Of a stretch of 64,000 nucleotides of DNA, positions 45,679 to 55,097 are shown piece by piece. The notes beneath the pieces were generated by a model. It searched no databases and was not told the origin of the DNA. It was given only the letters and a program-made list of their open reading frames with translations. Position numbers and translations under genes: made by a program. How positions within the stretch are numbered: the first letter of the stretch is position 1; each line of letters starts with the position of its first letter. Source of the DNA: Acidimicrobiia bacterium (GTDB taxonomy: Bacteria; Actinomycetota; Acidimicrobiia; IMCC26256; JAOSJL01); assembly GCA_041394025.1 (NCBI GenBank), contig JAWKJA010000002.1, positions 787,178 to 851,177 on the forward strand. The letters run 5' to 3'.

Positions 45679-45996
45679 TCAACTCCGCCCGGCACGACAT
45701 CGGCTCAGGTCACGGCACCACGCCAGGTAGTCGACGATGTCGTGCCGGGACGGTGGACGGTCGCGCCCGTAGGCGGTGAGTGCTCGGAAGCGCAGGTACC
45801 CCCGGCTCGGGACCGGCAGATATGGCGGGCGCCGCCACCACCCACGGGGGCTCAGCCCCACGGCCACGCGAAGCGCCGTCCACCAGAGGTCGGGGCGGGC
45901 GCCCACGGCGAGGACGGACCCGGTCCACGAGGCGTCTCGGGGCGTCCCGCCGACGGGGTCTGCGACGGTGGCGTGGTTTCGCCCGGGTAGCATCAT
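45679..45996 (-). CDS. Hypothetical small Trp/Arg-rich protein
   Basis: Inner part of the 133-aa ORF, with ATG at 45996 or 45993 (alternative 46014). GC3-biased codons. Sequence ...PDLWWTALRVAVGLSPRGWWRRPPYLPVPSRGYLRFRALTAYGRDRPPSRHDIVDYLAWCR resembles a conserved actinobacterial hypothetical protein that I only vaguely recall and cannot name. Lies 45 nt upstream of the HNH gene on the same strand. Confidence 0.45.
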   Translation of the reverse strand: MMLPGRNHATVADPVGGTPRDASWTGSVLAVGARPDLWWTALRVAVGLSPRGWWRRPPYLPVPSRGYLRFRALTAYGRDRPPSRHDIVDYLAWCRDLSRCRAGRS

Positions 45997-46058
45997 TCCG
46001 CACGATAGTGCCATCGAGAGCGGCGAACGGCCGTCTGCCGTTGCCCCGCGGAGGTCGC

Positions 46059-47030
46059 GTGAGCCAGCCTGCCACCACACCCGACACCACCTCCTTCGCC
46101 ACGTTGTTCGAGCGTCTGGCGCAGAACGTGGGCCGGGCCCTCACCGGCAAGCGCGAGGCCGTCCACCTGGCCCTGGTGGCCCTCTTCGCCGAGGGTCATC
46201 TCCTCATCGAGGACGTCCCGGGGATCGGCAAGACCGTTCTGGCACGCTCCGTGGCCCGCTCCATCGGCGGCACCTGGCGACGGATCCAGTTCACGCCCGA
46301 CCTCCTCCCCTCCGACGTCACCGGCGTGTCGGTGTGGAACCGCTCCACGGGCGAGTTCGACTTCCGCCCCGGCGGGGTGTTCGCCAACGTCGTGCTCGCC
46401 GACGAGATCAACCGTGCCTCCCCGAAGACGCACGCGGCGCTGCTCGAGGCCATGGAGGAGCACCAGGTCACGGTCGACAGCCGTACCTACCCGCTCCGGC
46501 GCCCCTTCCTCGTCGTCGCCACCCAGAACCCGATCGAGCTCGAGGGCACCTACCCGCTTCCCGAGGCACAGCTCGACCGCTTCCTGATGCGCCTCGAGAT
46601 CGGCTACCCCGACCGGTCGGCCGAGATCGAGATCCTCGAGTCGCATTGCCGGGACGACCCCGTCGACACGCTCGAAGCCGTGCTCGACGGTGACGCCCTC
46701 GAAACCGCGATCACCGCTGTCGAGAACGTCCATGTGAGTGACGGGCTGCGCGGCTACATGGTCGACATCGTCGAGGCCACACGCCGCCACCGCGACCTCG
46801 TGCTGGGTGTGAGCCCGCGCGGGGCCATCGGCCTCCAGCGCGCGGCCCGGGCGCTTGCGGCGAGCGTCGGGCGCGAGTACGTGATCCCCGACGACGTGAA
46901 GCTCCTGGCCCGGCCGGTCCTGGCGCACCGCATGCTGGTGTCGACCGAGGCCCGGCTGCGGGACGTCACAGCCGGGGACGTGCTCGCCGGTGTGCTCGAC
47001 TCGGTCGCCGTCCCCGGCCCGCCCGGGTAG
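46059..47030 (+). CDS. MoxR-family AAA+ ATPase
   Basis: GTG at 46059 preceded by GGAGG. Walker A DVPGIGKT, Walker B VVLADEINRASPKT, ATQNPIELEGTYPLPEAQLDRF. 323 aa. Confidence 0.92.
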   Translation: MSQPATTPDTTSFATLFERLAQNVGRALTGKREAVHLALVALFAEGHLLIEDVPGIGKTVLARSVARSIGGTWRRIQFTPDLLPSDVTGVSVWNRSTGEFDFRPGGVFANVVLADEINRASPKTHAALLEAMEEHQVTVDSRTYPLRRPFLVVATQNPIELEGTYPLPEAQLDRFLMRLEIGYPDRSAEIEILESHCRDDPVDTLEAVLDGDALETAITAVENVHVSDGLRGYMVDIVEATRRHRDLVLGVSPRGAIGLQRAARALAASVGREYVIPDDVKLLARPVLAHRMLVSTEARLRDVTAGDVLAGVLDSVAVPGPPG

Positions 47031-47035
47031 CAACC

Positions 47036-48262
47036 GTGCCGACAAGCCGTGGGTGGTCGCTCCTCGGCGGTTCCGTCGGCCTCCTCGTGGCCGGTCGGGT
47101 GCTCGGGCTCCCGGAGCTCGCCGTGCCGGCGGTGGCCGCGCTGGTGGGGCTCGCCCTCACCGTTCTCTGGGTCCGCCTCCGAACGGTGGAGCTCGACGTC
47201 AGGCGTCGGATCGCACCGCACCACACCTCTGTCGGTGGGGAGGCCGTGGTGACCGTGACCGTGGAGAACAGGGTCTCCCGCTCCACACCCGTCGTCAGTG
47301 TCACCGACACGATCGACGGGGGCCGCCGTATCGCCCCGTTCCTCGTCGGTCCTGTCGCCCGGCGGGCCACGACCGAGGCCCACTACACGCTCCCGGCCAC
47401 GAGGCGGGGTCGCGTCGACGTCGGTCCCCTGCGCGTCACGCTCACCGACCCCTTCGGCCTCGCCCGCCGCGCCTTCATGGACGAGCAGGTCGACTCCCTG
47501 CTCGTCCACCCACGTGTCCATCCACTGCGCCTCGTGCCCGACACCGCTCTCGGAACGAGCGGCGTACGACGGCCGATCCCGTTCTCGGGAACCGACGGGA
47601 CGTTTCGCTCTGTGCGCGCGTACCGATCGGGTGACGACCCCCGGTCGATCCACTGGAAGTCGACTGCGCGCACGGGCACGATCATGGTGCGCGAACACGA
47701 GCGGCGCTCCACGCAGACAGTCACGGTCTACCTCGACACACGTCGGGCCGTCCATGATGCCGCGTCGTTCGAGCGGGCGGTGGAGGTGGCCGCCTCGGTG
47801 ATTGCAGCACTCGAGGAGCGCGGACGGCCCTTCCGGCTCGTCACGCTCCACGGTGTGCTCCTCGACGGTCACCGCCCCGGTCGTAGCGCCCTGGCCGGGG
47901 ACGAGCTCGTCCTGGTCTCCCCCGACGACAGGCGGTCACCGGGCAGCACCCACCGGGAGGCCACGGGGTGGTCCGAGGGCGACATCGCGATCGTGATCCT
48001 CGGTAGCGGAGCACCGGGACGCGACCCCTTCACGGACCTCCCGGTCCGGCAGCGCGCGTCCACGGTCGCGGTCCTCACGAGGCCGGTCGCCGGCACCGCT
48101 CCCGCCGGTGAGATCACCGTGGACGCCACCGACATGGACACCTTTGCGCGGTCCTGGAACGACGCTCTGGCGGCGGTGCCGAGCACCGACATCCCCGCCC
48201 CGGCCCACAGCCCACGAGAAGGAGACCGGCGGTGGACACCACAGGCCGTGGAGAGACGCTAG
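47036..48262 (+). CDS. DUF58 domain protein (MoxR partner, vWA-like fold)
   Basis: 408 aa. Two N-terminal TM helices and the DUF58 signature F.SVRAYRSGDDPRSIHWKSTARTG.IMVRE. Starts 6 nt after the MoxR gene. Confidence 0.85.
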   Translation: MPTSRGWSLLGGSVGLLVAGRVLGLPELAVPAVAALVGLALTVLWVRLRTVELDVRRRIAPHHTSVGGEAVVTVTVENRVSRSTPVVSVTDTIDGGRRIAPFLVGPVARRATTEAHYTLPATRRGRVDVGPLRVTLTDPFGLARRAFMDEQVDSLLVHPRVHPLRLVPDTALGTSGVRRPIPFSGTDGTFRSVRAYRSGDDPRSIHWKSTARTGTIMVREHERRSTQTVTVYLDTRRAVHDAASFERAVEVAASVIAALEERGRPFRLVTLHGVLLDGHRPGRSALAGDELVLVSPDDRRSPGSTHREATGWSEGDIAIVILGSGAPGRDPFTDLPVRQRASTVAVLTRPVAGTAPAGEITVDATDMDTFARSWNDALAAVPSTDIPAPAHSPREGDRRWTPQAVERR

Positions 48263-50517
48263 CACTCGCCGGTGCCGGCATCGCCGCGGCCGCCTCGTTC
48301 TCGGCGGTCTTCGACGACTGGCGGTTCTTCCCCGCGCTCGCCGGCGCCGTCGTCGTCCCGCACCTCGTCGGCCACGTGTGCCGCCGACGCTCCCTGCCGG
48401 CGGTGCTCGTACCGGTCATGGCGCTCGCGGCGCTCGCCCTCTACGCCGCCTGGACGGTCGCTCCCGGCACGACCGCCTTCGGGGTCCCCACGCCGGCGAC
48501 GCTGGGGGAGCTCGTCGACTCCTGGGACCAGGGCTGGAGCGTCGTGCGCCATGACGCGGTCCCCGTCCCGGTCGAGCCCGGAGTCCTGCTCCTGTCGGTC
48601 ATCGGCGTCGGGCTGCTCTCGACGGCAGCCGACACGCTGGCGTTCACAGCGGACGCAACCGTGGGAGCGGCCATTCCCGGCGTCGTCCTGCTCACGATCA
48701 CCGGGATACTCGGGGACGACACCGGAGCGCTCGCTCCCGCCGCGGTCTTCTGCCTGTCCTTCGCCGTCTTTCTCGCGTTGCGGCACGCCTCACTGCGCGA
48801 GCGCTCGCGCAGCTGGTTCCTCCCCTCCGGACATCCCCGTCGTTGGAGCATGTCGCGCTCCCTGGCGTTCGCCGCCGTTGCCGTCCTCGGTGCGCTCCTG
48901 CTCGTTCCCGCCCTTCCCGGCTCGGACGCCGACGCCCTGTTCGACTACGACGGTCTCCTGGAGGACAGCGGCGGCGGTGACCTCGTCGCGGGCAACCCCG
49001 TCGTCGACATCCACTCGAACCTCCTCGAGTTCCCCGACACCGTGATGTTCACGGCCGATGCCGACGCGCCCTACTACCGTCAGGCGACGCTCGACGTGTT
49101 CGACGGGACCTCGTGGACCTTCTCCGAGCAGCGCTTCGGTGACGCCGACCCCGATTCCGGGTTCCCCGGTACGGGGCAGGCCCCCACCACCGAGCGCGAG
49201 TTCGCGATCACGATCGAGGCGCTCCGCGGCTCCTGGCTGCCCGCCCCGTACCGCCCGGTGGACGTCGACGGCCTCGACGCGGGCACGGCACCGGACCGTC
49301 CGGACGTGTTCCTCGAGGACGGACTCGCCGGAGGCGACACGTACACCGTGCGCTCCGAGATCCCCGAGAGGCTCGACGCGGCCGACCTCGACAGTGCCGG
49401 CCCGGCAGCGGGCACCGGCCTCGACCCCTACCGGGATCTCCCCGACGACTTCCCCGAGCCTCTCCGGCAGAAGGCCACCGAGATCGTCGCAGCCGCAGGG
49501 GCCACCACGCCCTACGAGATGGCCGTGGCCCTGCGGGACTGGTTCCGCAACCAGGAGGGGCCCGAGCGCTTCGTGTACGACGACACCGTCGAGGCAGGGC
49601 TGGGTGTCGACACCATCGAGCAGTTCGTGCTGCTGCCCGTGGAGGAGGGGGGTCACACGGGGTACTGCGAGCAGTTCTCGACGTCGATGTCGGCCCTGGG
49701 GCGCTCCCTGGGTCTCCCCACCCGTGTGGCGGTCGGCTACCTGAGCGGTGAGCGCTCGGAGGAGTCGGGCCTCTACGAGATCCGCGGCGACCGCTCCCAC
49801 GCCTGGTCGGAGGTCTACATCGACGGCACCGGGTGGGTCCCCTTCGACGCCACCCCCGGCAACGGAGCGGCAGAAGGGGTCGCCGGAGACCACTCGGTCG
49901 AGCCGATCGGCGCCGGCGGACAGGCGCCACCGCCCACAGGGCCTCCGACCGGCGAAACCCCCCCGTCGACGGTCGCACCGCCGCAGGAGCCCGCCGTGCC
50001 CGATCCCGCGGAGGGTGACGATCCCGGCGGCGTTCCGGCAGCCTCCCCGGGAGCGACCTGGACCGCGCCGAGGGTGGTCGCGGCGGTGGCGGCCGGGGTC
50101 GTCCTTCTCGTCGGCGGCCCGTGCCTGGCGATCGTCGGGATCAAGCGCCGCCGTCGCTCGTCGCGCGCCTCACGCTCGGAGACCCGCGACCGCATCATCG
50201 GCGCGTGGGAGGAAACCGGTGAGCGCCTCGCCGAGGCCGGTATCCGACCCGAGCCACAGGACTCCCCCAACGACTTCGCGCGCCGGGCTGCGCTCACCGC
50301 CGGCGAGGCAGCGCCCCCTCTCGAACACCTGGCACACCACTACACCGAGGCGTGCTACTCCGCGGCGCAACCCGCCGACGAGTCGGCCCGGGAGGCGTGG
50401 CAGGACGCCGATGCCGTGGCCCGAGCACTCGACGCCGAGGTTTCCACCGGCCGGCGCCTCCGCCGCCGCCTCGACCCACGTTCCCTACGCCGCACGCACA
50501 CTCCCGCGACCCCGTAG
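48232..50517 (+). CDS. Membrane transglutaminase-like protein (DUF3488 / transglutaminase core / DUF4129 architecture)
   Basis: 761 aa. About six N-terminal TM helices. Cys-His-Asp core GYCEQFSTSM...HAWSEVYIDGTGWVPFDATP. Pro-rich linker, a further TM helix, and a C-terminal DUF4129-like helical region. GTG start preceded by GGAGA. 31-nt overlap with the DUF58 gene. Confidence 0.85.
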   Translation: MDTTGRGETLALAGAGIAAAASFSAVFDDWRFFPALAGAVVVPHLVGHVCRRRSLPAVLVPVMALAALALYAAWTVAPGTTAFGVPTPATLGELVDSWDQGWSVVRHDAVPVPVEPGVLLLSVIGVGLLSTAADTLAFTADATVGAAIPGVVLLTITGILGDDTGALAPAAVFCLSFAVFLALRHASLRERSRSWFLPSGHPRRWSMSRSLAFAAVAVLGALLLVPALPGSDADALFDYDGLLEDSGGGDLVAGNPVVDIHSNLLEFPDTVMFTADADAPYYRQATLDVFDGTSWTFSEQRFGDADPDSGFPGTGQAPTTEREFAITIEALRGSWLPAPYRPVDVDGLDAGTAPDRPDVFLEDGLAGGDTYTVRSEIPERLDAADLDSAGPAAGTGLDPYRDLPDDFPEPLRQKATEIVAAAGATTPYEMAVALRDWFRNQEGPERFVYDDTVEAGLGVDTIEQFVLLPVEEGGHTGYCEQFSTSMSALGRSLGLPTRVAVGYLSGERSEESGLYEIRGDRSHAWSEVYIDGTGWVPFDATPGNGAAEGVAGDHSVEPIGAGGQAPPPTGPPTGETPPSTVAPPQEPAVPDPAEGDDPGGVPAASPGATWTAPRVVAAVAAGVVLLVGGPCLAIVGIKRRRRSSRASRSETRDRIIGAWEETGERLAEAGIRPEPQDSPNDFARRAALTAGEAAPPLEHLAHHYTEACYSAAQPADESAREAWQDADAVARALDAEVSTGRRLRRRLDPRSLRRTHTPATP

Positions 50518-50528
50518 GAATCTGTTCC

Positions 50529-50906
50529 CTACGGGTCGTCGCGGCGCCAGCGCTCACGCCAGCGCCGGCCGACGTTCCCGACGGAACCGCCGATGCCGCG
50601 GCCCCGCATGGCACCCGTGAGGTTCTGGAGCCCGGCCTTTCCGATCTTGCGCACGTTGCTCTCGAGCACGAAGAGGCACGCCAGCATGATGCCGAACGCC
50701 CCCAGTGCCAGGAGCGTGCTGGTGGAGACGGTGGCGATGAGCAGGACGAAGCCGAGGACGAAGCCGGCGATCGACCACTTGATGGACCGTGCGGCGTGCT
50801 TGTAGAGGGTGGTCTCGGAAACCTGCTGCGCCAAGTCGGGGTCGGTGTCGTGGAGCTGCTGCTCGATCTCGGACAGGATCCGCTGCTCGTCCTCGGACAG
50901 TGGCAT
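50529..50906 (-). CDS. DUF3040 family membrane protein
   Basis: ATG at 50906, then MPLSEDEQRILSEIEQQLHDTDPDLA (the DUF3040 N-terminal motif) and two TM helices. 125 aa. The ORF-maximal start at 51017 is unlikely. Confidence 0.8.
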   Translation of the reverse strand: MPLSEDEQRILSEIEQQLHDTDPDLAQQVSETTLYKHAARSIKWSIAGFVLGFVLLIATVSTSTLLALGAFGIMLACLFVLESNVRKIGKAGLQNLTGAMRGRGIGGSVGNVGRRWRERWRRDDP

Positions 50907-51013
50907 CGGTCGCTGCGGCTCCTCGCCAGATCCGGACCGGTCGGTCCGTCGGTCGTGTCGGCCCCCATTCTCGCGCACGCGGGACGGCGAACGCCCGCGG
51001 AGACCGACGATCG

Positions 51014-52264
51014 TCACCGCCCCCCGTCGGGCCCGTAGAGCGACCCACGGCGCTGCACCCGCAGGCCGCCCGGGCCCGCCAGGCGCGCCGGTCCCACGGC
51101 CTCCTCGCCGAAGCGGTCACGCAGCTCGTCGAGCGCCAGGTCGAGCCTCCGGGACGGATCGTCGCCGCCGTCCAGGTCGAGGGTCTCCTGGGATGCCCCG
51201 CGCTCCAGGAGGTTGGAGGTCGAGACCCCCAGGAGGCGGAGTCCACGGCCGACGTCGACGTCATCGAGCAGCTCCAGCGCCACGCTCGAGATGGTGGCCG
51301 CATGGTCCGTGGGCTCGGTCAACGTCCGGCTCCGGGTGATCGTGGAGAAGTCGGGGTACCGCGCCTTGAGCACGACCGTGCGCGCCACCAGGCCCGCAGA
51401 GCGGAGGCGCCGGGCCACGAGCTCGGCGAGGCGCACCACCTCGGCGTGGAGAGCACGCCGCGAGTGCACATCGCGGGCGAATGTCTCCTCGTGGCCGACC
51501 GACTTGGCCTCCCGGACGGTCTCGACCCGGCGGTCGTCGGCATTGGTGGCCAGCGAGAGGAGATGCTCGGCACGCCCGGGTCCGACAGCCCGGTCGAGTG
51601 CACCGTCGGGGAGCCGTGCGAGATCGGCGACCGTGCCCACCCCGAGACGCTCCAGCTTCACGAGGGTGGCAGGGCCCACGCCCCACAGCCGGCCGACCGG
51701 CAACTGCTCGAGGTAGCCGGCTTCGGCGTCGGGGGCGAGAACGAGAACCCCGTCGGGCTTCGCGTCCTGGCTCGCCAGTTTCGCCAGGTGCTTCGTGGTC
51801 GCACCCCCGACCGACACCACGAGGCCGGTCGCGGTCCTCACCCGTTCGCGTAGCACCTCGGCGATCTCCACCGAGCTCCCGAGGAGCCGATGCGCACCGG
51901 TGACGTCGAGGAACGCCTCGTCGAGGGCGAGCGGCTCGACGAGGGGCGTGACGCTCCGGAACACCTCCAGGACCGTGCGGCTGGCCTCGCTGTAGGCCTC
52001 GAACCGCGGGGGCAGGAACACGCCGTCGGGGCAGGCCCGGCGGGCGTGGGCTGTCGGCATCGCCGAATGGACCCCGAACCGTCGAGCCTCGTAGCTCGCC
52101 GCGGCGACGACGCCGCGGTTGCCGAGCCCTCCGACGATGACGGGCTGCCCGACGAGCGAGGGGTCGTGCAGTTGCTCGACCGACGCGAAGAATGCATCGA
52201 GGTCTGCATGGAGGATCGACCGCGTGGTGGGACGAGCCTCGTCGTCGGCTCCTGCGCGGCTCAT
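51014..52264 (-). CDS. dinB: DNA polymerase IV (Y-family, DinB/DinX)
   Basis: 416 aa. ILHADLDAFFASVEQ, catalytic LALDEAFLDVTG, and HhH/little-finger regions. Confidence 0.92.
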   Translation of the reverse strand: MSRAGADDEARPTTRSILHADLDAFFASVEQLHDPSLVGQPVIVGGLGNRGVVAAASYEARRFGVHSAMPTAHARRACPDGVFLPPRFEAYSEASRTVLEVFRSVTPLVEPLALDEAFLDVTGAHRLLGSSVEIAEVLRERVRTATGLVVSVGGATTKHLAKLASQDAKPDGVLVLAPDAEAGYLEQLPVGRLWGVGPATLVKLERLGVGTVADLARLPDGALDRAVGPGRAEHLLSLATNADDRRVETVREAKSVGHEETFARDVHSRRALHAEVVRLAELVARRLRSAGLVARTVVLKARYPDFSTITRSRTLTEPTDHAATISSVALELLDDVDVGRGLRLLGVSTSNLLERGASQETLDLDGGDDPSRRLDLALDELRDRFGEEAVGPARLAGPGGLRVQRRGSLYGPDGGR

Positions 52265-52791
52265 GGAGACAGCCGACGGACCTCGAGGGCGTCGACGCGT
52301 GTGCCCCGCACCTCGTAGTGGAATGCCTGGGCGTCACGCGACGACCACCTCCCGGCCATCCACGCCGCGAGTGGCTCCCGCACCCAGGGCGGGCACGTGG
52401 AGAGAACGTCGCTGCACCCCGCGTCATCGAGGAATTCGGCCGCCACGACGATCTCGTCGGGATCGTCGACGAGGAGCTCGCCGTCGAACTCGAGTGCGTA
52501 GTGGACCTCGCAGCTCATCCGCCAGCCCATGTCGGGGGCATCGGCGCGGACGGTGTAGACGGGACCGTCCCACCGACCGACCGTGATGCCCGTCTCCTCG
52601 ACGACCTCCCGGGTGAGCCCGGCGGCCAGTGACCGGTCGGTGGCGTCGATCACCCCGCCCGGAGGCGTCCAGTCGACCCGTCCGCCGTGGCGGACGTTGC
52701 GCACCATGAGGAGCCCGTCGGCGTTCTCGACCAGGCCGCCCGCCACCGTCCAGTCGAGAAGATCGGTGTCGGGGGAGGGCGCGCCGGGCAC
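52261..52791 (-). CDS. NUDIX hydrolase
   Basis: 176 aa. Nudix box GGVIDATDRSLAAGLTREVVEETGI (GX5EX7REUXEEXGU). 4-nt overlap with the dinB start. Confidence 0.85.
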   Translation of the reverse strand: MPGAPSPDTDLLDWTVAGGLVENADGLLMVRNVRHGGRVDWTPPGGVIDATDRSLAAGLTREVVEETGITVGRWDGPVYTVRADAPDMGWRMSCEVHYALEFDGELLVDDPDEIVVAAEFLDDAGCSDVLSTCPPWVREPLAAWMAGRWSSRDAQAFHYEVRGTRVDALEVRRLSP

Positions 52792-52795
52792 GACG

Positions 52796-53593
52796 TCAGT
52801 CTCGCGCGGCCTCCCCGGGTGCCGTGCTCCCGACCGCTCCGTCGCCCATCGCCGGTGACCGACGGTGTCGCCGGCCGAACAGGCGGCGCGGGAGGTCCCG
52901 GATGCCCCACCAGGTCACGAGGATCAGGGCCTCCACGACGATCCGGCTCGACATCTTCGACTGCCCGAGCGTTCGGTCGCGGAACTCGATGGGCACCTCG
53001 GCGAGGCGCCCGCCCTGTTGCTGGACGCGGTAGGCCATCTCGACCTGGAAGCCGTACCCGTCGGCGCGTACCGAGTCGAGGTCGATGCCGCGCAGCGCCG
53101 TGGCGCTGTAGGCGCGAAAGCCTGCGGTGGCGTCCTGCACCCGGAGCCCCAGAACGATCCTGGCGTAGAGGTTCCCACCACGCGAGATGGCGCGACGGAG
53201 AAACGTCCAGTCGGGGATCGACCCTCCCGGCACGTAGCGCGACCCGATGACGAGGTCGTTGCCGTCCTCCACCCCGGCGAGCAGTGACGGGACAACCGCC
53301 GGGTCGTGCGACAGGTCGGCGTCCATCTCCACGAACGCCTCGTAACCGCGCTCGAGGCCCCACCGGAAGCCGGCGCGGTAGGCGGAGCCGAGACCCGACT
53401 TACCGCTGCGCTCGAGGACCTCGAGATTCCCGATCTCGTCGGCCAGGTCGCGCGCCATTCCCGCCGTGCCGTCGGGGCTGCCGTCGTCGACGACGAGCAC
53501 CTGGACGTCGGGAGCGGCCGCTCGGAGGCGGTGGAGGACCTCGGCGATGTTCTCGGCCTCGTTGTAGGTGGGAAGAACCAGGAGGGAGCGCAT
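52796..53593 (-). CDS. ppm1: Polyprenol-phosphate mannosyltransferase (GT2, Ppm1/Dpm1-like)
   Basis: ATG at 53593, then LVLPTYNEAENI, VVDDGSPDGT, MDADLSHDP, GFRAY. 265 aa. The upstream 53 codons of the ORF (GVSP repeats) are the reverse complement of a plus-strand repeat region. Confidence 0.88.
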   Translation of the reverse strand: MRSLLVLPTYNEAENIAEVLHRLRAAAPDVQVLVVDDGSPDGTAGMARDLADEIGNLEVLERSGKSGLGSAYRAGFRWGLERGYEAFVEMDADLSHDPAVVPSLLAGVEDGNDLVIGSRYVPGGSIPDWTFLRRAISRGGNLYARIVLGLRVQDATAGFRAYSATALRGIDLDSVRADGYGFQVEMAYRVQQQGGRLAEVPIEFRDRTLGQSKMSSRIVVEALILVTWWGIRDLPRRLFGRRHRRSPAMGDGAVGSTAPGEAARD

Positions 53594-54047
53594 GGGGCCG
53601 ATCAGCCTACCGGTGGGAGCCCGCGAAACCGGCGCAGGTACGCTGCGCGGCGTGGACGACACACCCGAGACCCCGCCCGGTGACACGCCCGGTGACACGC
53701 CCGGAGCAGGCGAGACACCGCAGGCCGACGACACGCCGCAGGCCAACGACATCGTGATCCCGGCGGGTCATCCCGGTGTGCCGGGCCGCGGCGCGGTGAT
53801 GCTGGCCTTCGCCGGGGTCGTCGTCGCCGGTGTCCTCGGCGGGATGATCGGCTACGGCCTCGCCGACATCATGTGCGACGGCGACTGCGGCCCGATGGTC
53901 GCCCTCGGCACCCTCGTCGGTGCCGCGCTGGCCGCCGCCGGAGTCGGGGTGGTCGCGGTCCTCGTGCTGCGCGCCATGGTCGAGTGGAAACGGACACCCC
54001 GCCGGACCGCGACGGCCCGCCGGCGAACATTCCCGGCGACTGACGGC

Positions 54048-55097
54048 TCAGCCCGACAGCTGCCGGGCGCCGGCCATGTCGTCGAGGACGGCGCAGGCGT
54101 GGGTGAGGCCGTCATCGTCGACGTCCTTGTGGGTCACGAACCGAACCGTGTCGTCGCCCACCATCCCCGCCTTCACGCCGCCCGCCGCGAGGCGCTCGAG
54201 CACGTCGCCTGGAAGGGCCTCGGCGACGGTGCACACGATGTTGGTGGCGACAGCCGCCGGGTCGATCGACCCCGGGAAGCGGTCGGCGAGGTGCTCGGCG
54301 AGCCTACGGGCACGGTCGTGGTCCTCGGCGAGGCGCTCCACCATCGTCTCGATCGCCACCACGCCCGCAGCGGCGATGACCCCGGCCTGGCGCATTGCCC
54401 CACCCATGTCGTGGCGCTGCAGGCGCGCCTCGGCGATGACGTCGGCCGGTCCGGAGAGCAGGGATCCCACCGGTGCGCCGAGACCCTTCGACAGGCAGCA
54501 CATCACCGTGTCGGCGTGCGCCGCGATCTCCGCGGGTGTGCGCCCCGTGGCGATCGCGGCGTTCCAGATACGGGCACCGTCCATGTGCAACACAACACCT
54601 GCGTCCCGGCACACACCCGACACCGCCGCGAGCTCGTTGTCCACCCACGGTCGTCCGCTCGCGGCCATGTGGGTGTTCTCGATCGTGACGGCACGAACCG
54701 ACCCGAGCTCGGCGAGCTGAGAGGCCACGGTGTCGGGACCGAGCGTCCCGCCGGAGTCGTCGAGGCGGACGAGGTCGACCCCTGCCCCCCTCTCACCCAG
54801 CGGCTCGTAGTTCACGATGTGCGACCGCTCGCCGGACACCACCGTCGTGCCCGAGCCGGCGAGGACCCGGAGCGCCAACTGATTGCCCATTGTTCCCGTC
54901 GGGACGAACAGCGACGCCTCCTTGCCGAGCAGTGCGGCGGTGAGCGACTCGAGGCGGTTGACGGTCGGATCCTCGCCGTAGACGTCGTCGCCGACCTCCG
55001 CCGCGGCGATGGCCGCGCGCATCTCCGGTGTCGGCACGGTGACCGTGTCGGATCGGAGATCGACCACCGCGCCGTCCCGCGGGGATCCGATGGTCAT
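54048..55097 (-). CDS. ltaE: Low-specificity L-threonine aldolase
   Basis: 349 aa. DLRSDTVTVPT..MR.A.A.AEVGDDVYGEDPTVNRLE, PTGTMGNQLA, and CLSKGLGAPVGS (PLP lysine). Confidence 0.9.
   Translation of the reverse strand: MTIGSPRDGAVVDLRSDTVTVPTPEMRAAIAAAEVGDDVYGEDPTVNRLESLTAALLGKEASLFVPTGTMGNQLALRVLAGSGTTVVSGERSHIVNYEPLGERGAGVDLVRLDDSGGTLGPDTVASQLAELGSVRAVTIENTHMAASGRPWVDNELAAVSGVCRDAGVVLHMDGARIWNAAIATGRTPAEIAAHADTVMCCLSKGLGAPVGSLLSGPADVIAEARLQRHDMGGAMRQAGVIAAAGVVAIETMVERLAEDHDRARRLAEHLADRFPGSIDPAAVATNIVCTVAEALPGDVLERLAAGGVKAGMVGDDTVRFVTHKDVDDDGLTHACAVLDDMAGARQLSG

Noticed and set aside
53594-53752. 53-codon N-terminal extension of ppm1 with GVSP repeats.
   Set aside because: GT2 homology starts at MRSLLVLPTYNE (ATG 53593). 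The GVSP repeats are the reverse complement of the plus-strand DTP-repeat coding signal discussed in the findings.
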